From positions 2,496,001 to 2,560,000 of the forward strand of contig OZ241329.1 of NCBI GenBank assembly GCA_965199825.1: DNA of 64,000 nucleotides, read 5' to 3'. Positions 20,038 to 30,043 of this stretch are shown piece by piece; position 1 is the stretch's first letter; the number at the start of each line of letters is the position of its first letter. A program made the position numbers and the translations under genes. This DNA comes from Bdellovibrionales bacterium. GTDB taxonomy: Bacteria > Bdellovibrionota > Bdellovibrionia > Bdellovibrionales > UBA1609. The notes below the pieces were generated by a model, which was given only the letters and a program-made list of their open reading frames with translations, was not told the DNA's origin and did not search any database.

Positions 20038-21611
20038 TCATTAAAAAACTTTTTCCATTTTTGCAGATGATTGGCAAATCGCTCATGCTTCCTGTTGCAG
20101 TCCTTCCGGTTGCAGGACTATCGCTGTGTTTGGGGAGCGCACAATTCGGATTTGTACCGCCCTTGATGTCTTTGATTATGGCTCAAGCCGGAAGCGTGAT
20201 CTTTACCAATCTGCCGCTGATCTTTGCCATTGGTGTCGCTTTAGGAATGGCAAAAAACGACGGTGTTGCTGCACTTTCGGCAACGGTCGGATTTTTTGTG
20301 ATGAATGCCACCATCCAGGTGGGCCTTGATAAAATGGACACCGGCGTTTTTGGGGGAATTTTAATCGGCTTTATCTCGGGCGCACTGTTCAACAAATTTT
20401 ATTTAAGTGAACTGCCGCCTTATTTAGGCTTTTTCTCAGGCAAGCGCTCGGTTCCGATCTTATCGGCAGCCGCCGCAGTAGTTCTTGGTTTTGCTCTGCG
20501 ATTTATTTGGCCACCACTGGGCTCAGGTATTCACCAGTTTTCGATTTGGGCCGCACAATCGCAGCCCGCGCTGGCATTTTCGCTTTATGGATTTGTTGAG
20601 CGCTTGCTGATCCCCTTTGGACTTCATCATATTTGGAATGTGCCATTTTTTTTCGAAGCCGGAAATTTTACCAGTTCCACAGGCGAAGTTTTGCACGGCG
20701 AACTTGCGCGCTACATTGGTGGCGATCCCACAGCCGGAAATCTTGCAGGTGGATATTTATTTAAAATGTGGGGTCTGCCTGCAGCCGCACTTGCGATGTG
20801 GAGAACGGCTCTTCCGTCACAGCAAAAGCTTGTTGGCGGCATCATGATTTCGGCAGCACTTACTAGCTTTTTAACCGGCATTACCGAGCCGATCGAATTT
20901 GCATTTTTGTTTTTAGCACCCGTTCTCTATTTTTTCCATGCCTGCCTGTGTGCGCTGGCGTACTTCACTTGCATCACCCTTGGGATCAAACATGGGATGA
21001 CATTTTCGCACGGATTGATCGACTTTGTTTTGCTGTTTCCAAAATCCACACATGCCCTGTGGTTATTTGTTTTAGGCCCGATCTGGGCGATTGGTTATTA
21101 CTCAATTTTTTATGCAGCAATAAAAATATTTAATCTCAAAACTCCAGGGCGCGAAATCCTTGTCGAAAAAACTGAGCTTTCGCCCCAAAATTTGGTTTTG
21201 GCCTTTGGCGGAAAATCAAATATCAAAACGCTCGATGCCTGCATCACCCGACTTCGCGTGAGCGTTTATGATCAAAATAAAGTGATGGTGGAAGACCTCA
21301 AAAACCTTGGTGCTGCTGGAGTTTTGCAAGTGGCCGAAGGGGTTCAAGCCATCTTTGGAACCCAATCCGAAAATCTAAAAACCCAAATGGAAAACTATTT
21401 AAACACCAACAGCTTTCAAAATTTTGGTGGCAAAGAAAATATTTTGTCATGTCAAAAAGTGGCTCATTCAAGATGGCGAGTGGAACTTAAAAATCCTGTG
21501 GCAACCGATCCCCATTCTTTTCCAGAGGCGTTGGCAGTACAAAAAATTACGCCAACAAAATTTCATATTTTATTTGATCCCCAAAACATGCCAGACTCCA
21601 CCGCTCTATGA
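20034..21611 (+). CDS. ptsG: PTS glucose/GlcNAc-class EIICB permease with an extra degenerate EIIB-like tail
   Basis: [29 protein letters not shown] and [16 protein letters not shown] overlap at 20034. Confidence 0.85.
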   Translation: MIIKKLFPFLQMIGKSLMLPVAVLPVAGLSLCLGSAQFGFVPPLMSLIMAQAGSVIFTNLPLIFAIGVALGMAKNDGVAALSATVGFFVMNATIQVGLDKMDTGVFGGILIGFISGALFNKFYLSELPPYLGFFSGKRSVPILSAAAAVVLGFALRFIWPPLGSGIHQFSIWAAQSQPALAFSLYGFVERLLIPFGLHHIWNVPFFFEAGNFTSSTGEVLHGELARYIGGDPTAGNLAGGYLFKMWGLPAAALAMWRTALPSQQKLVGGIMISAALTSFLTGITEPIEFAFLFLAPVLYFFHACLCALAYFTCITLGIKHGMTFSHGLIDFVLLFPKSTHALWLFVLGPIWAIGYYSIFYAAIKIFNLKTPGREILVEKTELSPQNLVLAFGGKSNIKTLDACITRLRVSVYDQNKVMVEDLKNLGAAGVLQVAEGVQAIFGTQSENLKTQMENYLNTNSFQNFGGKENILSCQKVAHSRWRVELKNPVATDPHSFPEALAVQKITPTKFHILFDPQNMPDSTAL

Positions 21612-22126
21612 AACGATATTTAAAACTGATGCAGCGATTTGTAGACCGCCCCTGGTTTGCATTTGCCCTTTTTGCAATCACCGCAGCCGATGCCTTAATC
21701 GTGGTTGTGCCGATCGATGCGATTCTTTTGCCGGCATGTGCACTTGTGCCCAAGCGCTGGGCGCTGTTTGCCCTGAGTGTGGCTTCAGGTTCTGTTGTGG
21801 GAAGTATGATGATGTCCTGGCTCACGATTGCGAAGGGACTCCCCTTTATTTTGCAATATTACCCGGGTGTCGAACACACCCATGCGTGGGAAATCACTTT
21901 ACGATTTTTTGATCATTACGGATTAATTTTTATTTTCTTTTATGCGATTTCGCCGCTGTTTCAATTGCCAGCAGTGGTTGCCGCCACGCTTGCAGGCACT
22001 CCGGCTGTGCCACTTTTTTTAACCATGTTTGTGGCGCGAGCGCTGAAGTTTTTATTTATTTCTTATCTCAGTAGCAAAGCACCAAAGTTTTTTAAGAAAA
22101 ACTTTAAAGCTCCGGAATCTGACTAA
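21608..22126 (+). CDS. YqaA/DedA (VTT domain) membrane protein
   Basis: Hydrophobic; [17 protein letters not shown] and ARALKF pattern. Confidence 0.75.
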   Translation: MKRYLKLMQRFVDRPWFAFALFAITAADALIVVVPIDAILLPACALVPKRWALFALSVASGSVVGSMMMSWLTIAKGLPFILQYYPGVEHTHAWEITLRFFDHYGLIFIFFYAISPLFQLPAVVAATLAGTPAVPLFLTMFVARALKFLFISYLSSKAPKFFKKNFKAPESD

Positions 22127-22556
22127 AAGAAATTTTATTGAACTCCCAAACTTGGTTCATTTTTTTGAAATGGACGTGGGGAACAGTCAAAAGGGTTTTC
22201 CCCTCTCTGTCTTCCAGCTTGACGATATGTAGCTCCACCACCACATCAGACGCATCGGGATCAATCGATGGAGTCAAATTTGGCAAGATGGCTTGGGCAA
22301 AAGCCTTTTCACCCTCAAATCGATAAACGAAAGCCTGCTGAAGTTTAAAAACCGAAGCATGAGGTTTAAATTCAAACTTAAAAGAAAACTCGTACTTTTT
22401 GCCCGAAGGCATCACAACAAATCCTGCCACATCAGTTTCTGCATCATTTTGTTGTGACTGCAAATTTTCTATTTGAACCGCACCCAACCCACAGTCGTTG
22501 GCAAAACTGGGCAAATAAACAAAAAATGTTGATAGAGCAAAGAAAATTCGCAGCAT
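22104..22556 (-). CDS. Secreted hypothetical protein
   Basis: 150-aa ORF with a clear signal peptide (PSFA-N). Confidence 0.65.
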   Translation of the reverse strand: MLRIFFALSTFFVYLPSFANDCGLGAVQIENLQSQQNDAETDVAGFVVMPSGKKYEFSFKFEFKPHASVFKLQQAFVYRFEGEKAFAQAILPNLTPSIDPDASDVVVELHIVKLEDREGKTLLTVPHVHFKKMNQVWEFNKISFSQIPEL

Positions 22557-22644
22557 AAGATCTCACTTGAAAGAATTAAGTTTGAGATCCTGCAGATTTA
22601 AATGAGGTCTGTCAAAGGAGTCTCAAGATTTTATACTTTTACCA

Positions 22645-23532
22645 TTAGTGAGAGAGCGGACCTGAATTAAAAAAGGGTTCGGTTGGAGTTTGAATTTGAG
22701 TGGCATCCACCAAAACCCCGTTTGCAAAGCCACGTTTTTGCAGCTCGTAAGTCATTCCGGTGAGCTTTAGCTTTTTGGTGTGAGCATATTGCACCCATGA
22801 ATAGGCTTTATAAGGGTCCACAAAACTCAAAGGATAAGAATTCTTAGGCGTCGTGTTCCAGGCCTGCGCACCGAATAAGATAGTCATCGGACTAATAAAT
22901 TTTCCGGTAATCACTCCACCAATCAAATTTGTTGGAACCCAAATCGAATGCGAAAAGTATTGCAGCAATTCGCGAGTCATTAGGCCTGCAACTTCCATCA
23001 CACTCTCGGTCACTGCAGCACATCCTCCGCCCTCTGCCCAACGGGGTCGCATCTGTAGGCCACCATAAACCTTGTCGTAATGAAGGGCCTGATAAGCCAA
23101 CACAAATTGTTTTGTCCGCTCACACGTTTTTTTTGAAATTTGAAAGTCCATAAAAGCAATACTGCCGCGTTGATAGCGCACAGGAAGATCCATCTCAATT
23201 TCATCTTGAGTTTCAAATCGCCCTGAGTAATTGGTCAAAAAAGCGCCAAGACCATAACCCTCTTTAAAAATCTTTGAGCCCATCTCAGAATTGTCGCTGT
23301 TGGTTTGACCGGTCACCAGATGAGTTCCGTCATCGCAGCTCAAATCAAAATTCATGTGTCCGATGGTATGAATGTTTTTAAGTTGGTCATCCACAGTACT
23401 GTCCGAATTGGCCGCACTCCAAGCCAAACCCTTGGGGCTTGACCAGTCAATAGCGGTGGGCGCGGGATAGCTGTAAACGGTAAGATGGTCAGCGTGGGCG
23501 AACAAAAGGCCAAGGGCGATAATCTGTATCAT
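22645..23532 (-). CDS. Secreted hypothetical protein, possible permuted papain-like His/Cys enzyme
   Basis: Signal peptide (AHA-D); TIGHM and EGGGCA motifs. Confidence 0.7.
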   Translation of the reverse strand: MIQIIALGLLFAHADHLTVYSYPAPTAIDWSSPKGLAWSAANSDSTVDDQLKNIHTIGHMNFDLSCDDGTHLVTGQTNSDNSEMGSKIFKEGYGLGAFLTNYSGRFETQDEIEMDLPVRYQRGSIAFMDFQISKKTCERTKQFVLAYQALHYDKVYGGLQMRPRWAEGGGCAAVTESVMEVAGLMTRELLQYFSHSIWVPTNLIGGVITGKFISPMTILFGAQAWNTTPKNSYPLSFVDPYKAYSWVQYAHTKKLKLTGMTYELQKRGFANGVLVDATQIQTPTEPFFNSGPLSH

Positions 23533-23538
23533 GTACAG

Positions 23539-23565
23539 ATATCGGCACCTGACCTTAATACTTAA
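23539..23565 (-). promoter_or_regulatory. Sigma28 (FliA)-type promoter
   Basis: Minus strand reads TTAA-N15-GCCGATAT, ending 6 nt before the ATG at 23532. Confidence 0.65.
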
Positions 23566-23572
23566 AAATTAG

Positions 23573-24586
23573 CTATTTTTTGCGACGAAGGTAGCGTTCA
23601 CAAACCCCGTCCCACTTTTGTCCAACCCAAGCAAACGGCGACAAAATTGATTTTACAAAAGTATTGCTGTTGAGCACTCTTTGCTCGGCCTTTAATTTAG
23701 CAACAATGTCGGGTGGCAAGGATTCAAAATCTCCCTCAGCCAACTCGTACCATTCTCGCCAAACTTTAAAATTAACAACTCGATCCCTTTTCAATGTTGT
23801 ATTAAAAAGGTCGGTCCATTCGGGGTTTCGATTGGCACTATACTCTTTGGAAGTCATCGTCCATCGAATCAACATACCCAAAGGTGCAAGATCCAACTGC
23901 TTAAACAAAACTTTAATACGTTGAAGAGTTCTTTCTGGTTGTTCTTGCCCAAATGCGCCTTCAATGAGTCGACTTAAAATGTCCCATTGAAAAATGGCAA
24001 GCTTCCAGGTGCGAGATTCTGTGGGAACAAAGGTATTTCCAAAAGAGCGTAAATCATCGGTTAATTTTCTAAGTTCAATTCTCGCGGTACTATAAGCTTC
24101 GCGTTCATGACGGGTGCGAAAAATTTTGTAAGTCAAAAGCCCAAGAGCTCCAAGTTCCAAAAGGTCATAGGGACTTCCAAGCGGTGCCCTTACTATTGGA
24201 CCACGAATGGCGACAAGTGTTGCCATATAAGCCCATAATGCAGAGTTGGTCATGAGTATGGAGCGACCTCTTTTTCCCTGCGGCCCTGTCATAGCGAGAA
24301 AAATTTTATTCTTTTTCAAATCGGTCCCTGCAATATGGTCGACATACTCGTCCAAAAATCTACTATAATCACCGTCTCCATCAGGTTGCATCAATTCTGA
24401 AATTTTAAACTTATCGACATCAAAGTTTGCCATAAATGTTCGGGTTTCATCTCCTTCTCGGAGATATCGCCATCCCATATAATCAAAACGCGGCCCAACC
24501 ACTTTGGCAGTGTCGGATGTCGCCACAGCACCAAAAGCTTGGGCGCTCAATACTAAAGATAAACAAAAATAAATTACATTTTTCAT
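23573..24586 (-). CDS. Secreted hypothetical protein with hydrophobic hairpin (operon gene 5)
   Basis: Signal peptide (AFG-A), two hydrophobic segments, 4-bp overlap with the upstream gene. Confidence 0.75.
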   Translation of the reverse strand: MKNVIYFCLSLVLSAQAFGAVATSDTAKVVGPRFDYMGWRYLREGDETRTFMANFDVDKFKISELMQPDGDGDYSRFLDEYVDHIAGTDLKKNKIFLAMTGPQGKRGRSILMTNSALWAYMATLVAIRGPIVRAPLGSPYDLLELGALGLLTYKIFRTRHEREAYSTARIELRKLTDDLRSFGNTFVPTESRTWKLAIFQWDILSRLIEGAFGQEQPERTLQRIKVLFKQLDLAPLGMLIRWTMTSKEYSANRNPEWTDLFNTTLKRDRVVNFKVWREWYELAEGDFESLPPDIVAKLKAEQRVLNSNTFVKSILSPFAWVGQKWDGVCERYLRRKK

Positions 24587-25575
24587 AACACTTCCGCTTT
24601 GTAGAGGCGATAAGGGGTTCTCATCCCATAGAGTTTGCGTTCGAAATTTTCCTGAAGATGGGTCACCTTTCGGTAACTAAATCGAACGATTGAGCCCGTC
24701 GCCATTGTATGGACAATAAATTCATAAAGTGGACGAGACTCCACATTCATTCTTATAAAGTTATTTCCGGTGGCACTGATTTGGATGATCACTTCATAGT
24801 TTTCGCGAATCGTTCCGTTGACCACTGCGCGCACGGCACGCCCCTCTTTAGGAGCATCTTCTTTATTAAAAGTTTTAGAAAATGGATTAAAATTTTGATC
24901 TTCATAAAGCTCACCGGGCAAAATATTGTGCGAGTCCACCGGCCAAAATTGAAGCGCCACATTTTCACTTTGATTAAATAAATTAGATAGAGGGCCATGG
25001 TGAAATTTTCTAGTATAAATCAAGACTGGATTTCGACTGGCATTTTCAAGTTTCTCTGCAAGCTCAGAATTCCATATACTAAAATGCCAAGGGTTGGATG
25101 TGATAATGCACTCATCCTTGGTTGCTGTTGCTTCGAGAGTTCGTTCTTGGAGATCATGGATGGAATTAAGATGTTCGGTGCGTTCAGCAGAACAATCTTG
25201 GTCAACCAAATCTCCCACAATGCTCTCATAGCCCTGCTGCAACTCAGCCTCGAGCGTGTGATACCAAGCAAACATACTCCAAAATAGCCAACCTAATGTG
25301 ATATCGGGCACAGGCAGAGTTTTTTTGCCAGGAGGCGACTCCACTTTGCCCACTTGATATCCAATTTCTCTCGTAAAACCGAGAGTATCTATATTATAAA
25401 CTACCACGCCATTTTCGGGCACAAGGGTTGCGCGATGCTCACGCGATTCGAGTTCAGGAGCATTTGCAGCCGCTGGAATATCAGAACCCGCATGTTGAGC
25501 AAATGCGGAGGCCGATATTCCAATAAAATTAATAAAAACCAGCGAGACAAAAATTAAATATTTCATAGAGATCAC
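24583..25575 (-). CDS. Secreted hypothetical protein with two similar beta-rich domains (operon gene 4)
   Basis: Signal peptide; two halves share a G..(K/R)..G...E...(F/M)(S/N)(I/V)....V...Y pattern, which from memory resembles Leptospira Lsa23-like proteins (unverified). Confidence 0.7.
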   Translation of the reverse strand: MISMKYLIFVSLVFINFIGISASAFAQHAGSDIPAAANAPELESREHRATLVPENGVVVYNIDTLGFTREIGYQVGKVESPPGKKTLPVPDITLGWLFWSMFAWYHTLEAELQQGYESIVGDLVDQDCSAERTEHLNSIHDLQERTLEATATKDECIITSNPWHFSIWNSELAEKLENASRNPVLIYTRKFHHGPLSNLFNQSENVALQFWPVDSHNILPGELYEDQNFNPFSKTFNKEDAPKEGRAVRAVVNGTIRENYEVIIQISATGNNFIRMNVESRPLYEFIVHTMATGSIVRFSYRKVTHLQENFERKLYGMRTPYRLYKAEVL

Positions 25576-26660
25576 CGTACTATTTTATTTTTAGCGAGTT
25601 CCGCTGCGATAATCTCTGGATGTGCATCAATGTTTATAACGAGCATGCCGTCTTTATTGACCGCGACCTGTGGCAAATAACTGATTACAAAAGTTCCGGC
25701 CATCTCCGATTTTTTATTTGTGTTGGTAAGAGTTGTGTTGAGATTTCGCAAACCCTGTACACAATCAATCAGGTTCATATTGTCATCGGGGCCACAAGTG
25801 ATGGTCATGTTCGGTAGAAATTCACCAATGCTGGCCATCATTCGGCTGTACTGTTGTCGATCAAGCAAAAACTGTTTCATTAAAACAAACTGATTTGCTC
25901 CAGTTGAGATCCTGCTGTCATCCCCTTTTGAAGTGGCAACCTGTCGAACAAAATTATCAGCTTCCTCTTGAGATGAATCCACATTGAAATCGACACTGAT
26001 CATACGGTGATCAACGTAAAGCATGCGCGGCGTATTTGTGAGCCGCACGACTTCAATGCCCTGTAACCCATTGGTGTACATCAAGGCTGCATGATCGAGC
26101 AGTCTGAGACCATACTTGATTTGATCAATCGACAGATTAGCGTCCGAGTTGATTTGCACTTTCAACTTCTCACTCATCGCAGCAACTTGAGCCACGAGAT
26201 TGGTGAGTGTGGACCTCATTTTTTCGGTTCGCCCATCGAACAAGCTGGATCCCATAAACAAAATCAAGGGTTGATTTTTTTGCGAATGATCAAGAGTGAT
26301 GCGAAGGCTTAAACCATCGCGGCTTGGCTTTACACTATTTGTTTTTGAAACAACAATTTTAGATGCGCCATAGATGTCTGGATTTCTAGAAATATTGCCA
26401 TCAATTAAATTGATTGCGATCCGGTCCAAATTGCGCGCGCATTCCGCATCGCTCAGTCCAAATATAGGAGTCAGGTCACAGCGAATATTATAGCCAAAGC
26501 TATTAATGACTTCGGTGGAATTATAAATGCGTTCTTGAAACGAGTTTGCATTTCCGATCTGGGTGATCAACATGCTTTTAAGCGCGACGCTGTCGAAATC
26601 GGCATGTGCCGATAACGAACAAAGTGCAATTAGTGAGAGGCTTAAAAATTTTGAAATCAT
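25572..26660 (-). CDS. Secreted hypothetical protein (operon gene 3)
   Basis: Signal peptide (AHA-D), two Cys pairs, SD GGAG upstream. Confidence 0.75.
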   Translation of the reverse strand: MISKFLSLSLIALCSLSAHADFDSVALKSMLITQIGNANSFQERIYNSTEVINSFGYNIRCDLTPIFGLSDAECARNLDRIAINLIDGNISRNPDIYGASKIVVSKTNSVKPSRDGLSLRITLDHSQKNQPLILFMGSSLFDGRTEKMRSTLTNLVAQVAAMSEKLKVQINSDANLSIDQIKYGLRLLDHAALMYTNGLQGIEVVRLTNTPRMLYVDHRMISVDFNVDSSQEEADNFVRQVATSKGDDSRISTGANQFVLMKQFLLDRQQYSRMMASIGEFLPNMTITCGPDDNMNLIDCVQGLRNLNTTLTNTNKKSEMAGTFVISYLPQVAVNKDGMLVINIDAHPEIIAAELAKNKIVR

Positions 26661-26682
26661 AAATTACTCCGCTAAACTTAGT

Positions 26683-27756
26683 TTATTGAGCCGAACTCAT
26701 TTCTACAGGACCTGACTCTTTCAAAGCGTTTTCTACCGAACCAAATTGTTGTTCGACTTGAAGAATCAAGTCTTGATAAGGAGCAAGAGTTCGAAAAGCT
26801 TGTTTGGTGTATTGAGAATAATTACGAGTCAAATTCAGGTAATAATAAGTCGGCGATTGAATCGGCGTATTTAAAACCTGCCAGAATTTTTTAAAAATTT
26901 GATGTTGAGTGTACCCATCCAGATGCTCGTTGAGCTGCTCGTCTTCAGGATACAAAACCCATTTATCAACCGCAGATTGTGCCACGACTACCGGGCTAGT
27001 AGCCACGGTTGCATAAAGTCTTGGTCGTTTAAAGAGGGCAAATCTTTTTAAGAAGAACCTGTAAGAAACAACCAACGCTACAGTTGAAACAAACATTTCG
27101 CCGGTGGCTTTAAGAAAATTTCGGTGTTCCTGTTTTGCGATCTGCTCACCCAATCCAATTTCAAATTGAGAAATTTCATTTAAACTTGGGATACCAATAA
27201 GTGCTTGGGTCATTTGATGAATTTCGGCTAGCATTTTGTGGCTCAACTCAATCCAAGGACGGCGATCACTCATCGGACAAACGTAACCTTTGGTATCGCC
27301 CAATTTGACATTGGCTTCATGTCCAGTCTGGATCATTCTTGCTAAGGTTAGAATTTCAGCAGAAACACTTTTAAATCTCGCATGTGGAATAAGGTCTTTC
27401 CCAAAGGGTTGAAACTGGGGAGTGGAACTCATACGGCTTAAGAGATTGTGAGCCTCATCGAACAGAGCCTCATACAAGTTTAAAAATAAGACGCAGCCTT
27501 CTTTGTCGAACTGCTTGTTTTCATTACCTTCAGGAAAAGCTCGAATAGCCTCGCTCTGCTTTTTAAGCTCGGCAAGGCTACTCGAAAATTCACTAAACTT
27601 TTCGGAAAATAACGAGGGATTAGCCGGGACGCCATTGGTGTACCTGAGATACATCTCAAGGACTTGTCGATTGGTGTAATGTTCGCCCCGTCCAGGAGCC
27701 TGGGCTTGGGCAAACATCGAAACAACCAAATTTAAAACAATGACAATCCCGTACAT
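26683..27756 (-). CDS. Secreted helical hypothetical protein with hydrophobic hairpin (operon gene 2)
   Basis: Signal peptide (AQA); helical; hydrophobic segments MFVSTVALVVSY and YATVATSPVVVA. Confidence 0.75.
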   Translation of the reverse strand: MYGIVIVLNLVVSMFAQAQAPGRGEHYTNRQVLEMYLRYTNGVPANPSLFSEKFSEFSSSLAELKKQSEAIRAFPEGNENKQFDKEGCVLFLNLYEALFDEAHNLLSRMSSTPQFQPFGKDLIPHARFKSVSAEILTLARMIQTGHEANVKLGDTKGYVCPMSDRRPWIELSHKMLAEIHQMTQALIGIPSLNEISQFEIGLGEQIAKQEHRNFLKATGEMFVSTVALVVSYRFFLKRFALFKRPRLYATVATSPVVVAQSAVDKWVLYPEDEQLNEHLDGYTQHQIFKKFWQVLNTPIQSPTYYYLNLTRNYSQYTKQAFRTLAPYQDLILQVEQQFGSVENALKESGPVEMSSAQ

Positions 27757-27757
27757 T

Positions 27758-29851
27758 TTATTTCCCTTGTGAAGCGCGAGTAACTTCAGCAGTTACTGGT
27801 CGCAAAAGTTCATAATCTACAGTGTTAGAAACTGAACTTGGAGTTGTCCAATCAGCAAAAGCAACTGCTCCAGTCATTGCAAGAGCTGTACTTGCAGCAC
27901 GCAATGGGTGTCTGAAGTCAGTCACTGCACGACGAGCCAACTGATCAACATTGGCTTTTTGGCGAACAGCAAAATCTTTCGATTTTTGCAATCCTGCACG
28001 GCCAAGGTCAGCAGCTTTGTTGGTAGCAGTAGCGGCAGCATCAACAACTGTATCAGCGGCATCAGCAACAGTTTCTTTAGCTGCTAAACTTGCATCAGCA
28101 ACTACATCTACTGCGCCCTTAATTCCATCTGCAGCGCCATCAACAGCACCTTTTACTGTCTCACGAATCTCACGAGGAGGAGCATCGCCAAGCATGTATG
28201 GACTGTTGATTTGTGGAAGATCCGCTGATGGAGCTTCTGTTGCAACATGCGGAGTAGGAACTTCGCCTGCCATCAACGCTTCATCTTCTGCAGCTTGTTT
28301 CTCAAACGCTTCGAATCGCGGGCGTGGAAGCTCTGTTCGGGAAACAGCGCCATCGCCATCGGTAACCAATACGACATCCGAAAGAACAGGCTCAAGAGTC
28401 TTAGCTGCGGGACCATTCATGATAACACTTTCAGCTAGTTCTGATTCGGCTTTGTTCAACTTGTCGATTTTGTAATAGGTAATGTTCGGTTTACGGAACA
28501 TAGTCTTTTTCTCAGCATGTGAGAACAATAGGGAATACTGAGGTATGCCGTTATCAGCTCCATCTAAAACACGAACAACACCGATTGCTTGCGACTCCGA
28601 AAAAATTGGTCTTCGACTTTCTAAAATTTTATCGAATTCTTTTTTCTCGATGATCGCTGCGCGATTTGCAAGTACAAAACTTGGCTGATCTTCAAGACCG
28701 GTCTTCACTAACTCTGTGAAAAGCGAACGATTTTTTACACCTTTTGTGCTAAAAAATGTTTGTACGCCTTCTGTTTTTTCAACAGCTCCAGCAACGGTTC
28801 GTGAAACTAATGCGGTTGTTTGGCTGACTTTTTTCGCACCAAAGTTATAAACGCCTTTAGCTCCATCAACACCAGCAACTACTGCTCCTGCACCTTTTCC
28901 GCCCAAATAGGCAATGCCATTAACTGTATCTGTCACAGGGTTAACGCCATATCCAGCAAGGACTGTTCCTAAAAGGATAAATCCGGCTTCTTTTGAGTGC
29001 TTAACAACAGCGTTCATTTGGTCAGCATGTCGTGCGCGACGTTCCAACTTATCAACTAACTCAGATTTTTTACTTTCGAAATCAGGATCCGAAGCACCAC
29101 GGAGTTTTTGTTGATGTTCTGCATTCAAAAAACGAATGACGTAAGTTCGTCCGCCGATTTCGTCATTTTTTTGGAAAACTAAATCAACAAGGTCATCAGA
29201 CAATTGAGTGCGTTCAGCATCGGTTTTTGATGCAAGGTATCTGTCGTACAAATCACTGATTGGAGTTTCAGGAACTTTAGCCGCAGCAACTGTTTGGGGA
29301 ACTACTGGAGTTACTGGTGGAGTCATTTCAGCTTTTGGAACTGAGGAAGCCACTTTGCCCATAGCACCGGCAATTGCGCCAACGGTTGCTTGTCCAGCGC
29401 CTTTAAGAGCTGCGCCAGCTTTTTCTTTTAATTCTTGGGTCTTTTCTGACAGACTTTTCTTTGCTTCTTCAGCATCTTCAACTGCTTGGTTGCCAATTTT
29501 GTTTGCTTCTTGGTCAACTTTTTTAGCAGCTTTATCTACTTCACTAGCCGCTTTATTGCCGGCATCGTTTGCTTGAGCACCAAGCTTATCCGCTTCGTGT
29601 TTAGCTTTGTCGCCAAGTTCGTCAGCTTTTGCTTTGGCTTGATCAGCAGCTTTGTTCGCTTCTTGATCAACTTTGTTAGCGGCGTTTTTCACACCGTTTT
29701 TTGTATCTTCCACAGCTTGATCCAATTTGGATTGAGCTTTGGAAATTTCGTTCCTATTAGCGGGCTGTTGCGCTGGAGTTTGTGGCTTATTACCGCCGCA
29801 ACCAACAAGCGATGCTGCCACTGAGCAATACAGGACCTTTCGTAGCATCAT
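27758..29851 (-). CDS. Large lipoprotein with LEA/apolipoprotein-like amphipathic repeats (operon gene 1)
   Basis: SD AAGGAG then ATG at 29851; lipobox LVGC; roughly 11-residue A/K/D/E-rich repeats; two hydrophobic helices. Confidence 0.8.
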   Translation of the reverse strand: MMLRKVLYCSVAASLVGCGGNKPQTPAQQPANRNEISKAQSKLDQAVEDTKNGVKNAANKVDQEANKAADQAKAKADELGDKAKHEADKLGAQANDAGNKAASEVDKAAKKVDQEANKIGNQAVEDAEEAKKSLSEKTQELKEKAGAALKGAGQATVGAIAGAMGKVASSVPKAEMTPPVTPVVPQTVAAAKVPETPISDLYDRYLASKTDAERTQLSDDLVDLVFQKNDEIGGRTYVIRFLNAEHQQKLRGASDPDFESKKSELVDKLERRARHADQMNAVVKHSKEAGFILLGTVLAGYGVNPVTDTVNGIAYLGGKGAGAVVAGVDGAKGVYNFGAKKVSQTTALVSRTVAGAVEKTEGVQTFFSTKGVKNRSLFTELVKTGLEDQPSFVLANRAAIIEKKEFDKILESRRPIFSESQAIGVVRVLDGADNGIPQYSLLFSHAEKKTMFRKPNITYYKIDKLNKAESELAESVIMNGPAAKTLEPVLSDVVLVTDGDGAVSRTELPRPRFEAFEKQAAEDEALMAGEVPTPHVATEAPSADLPQINSPYMLGDAPPREIRETVKGAVDGAADGIKGAVDVVADASLAAKETVADAADTVVDAAATATNKAADLGRAGLQKSKDFAVRQKANVDQLARRAVTDFRHPLRAASTALAMTGAVAFADWTTPSSVSNTVDYELLRPVTAEVTRASQGK

Positions 29852-29974
29852 AATTTTTCTCCTTAGAAAAATGAATGGGTTAACAATACCAATTGTAAAC
29901 ATTGGAAAAAAAGTTCGATCAGTTTCATTTAGTGATCAACCTTAGGAACTCGTCTCCCATACTGCAGAGCTTTG

Positions 29975-29990
29975 TGCAAACGAAACGCCA
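29975..29990 (-). promoter_or_regulatory. Sigma54-type -24/-12 promoter for the five-gene secreted operon
   Basis: Minus strand TGGCGT-TTCGT-TTGCA matches TGGCAC-N5-TTGCW with exact spacing. Confidence 0.6.
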
Positions 29991-30043
29991 CATTCCCGAA
30001 ATTAGGAATTGAATTTTGAACACTGTGTTGTGGGCGTTTTAGT

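Noticed and set aside
27951..29824. Long plus-strand ORFs opposite the 697-aa lipoprotein, and similar antisense ORFs over RND, pheT, thrS and act genes
   Set aside because: Shadow frames caused by codon bias of the real genes.
29983..30040. Imperfect inverted repeat as a riboswitch or ncRNA
   Set aside because: No recognisable aptamer consensus; it overlaps the sigma54-type motif and may just be a terminator or operator.
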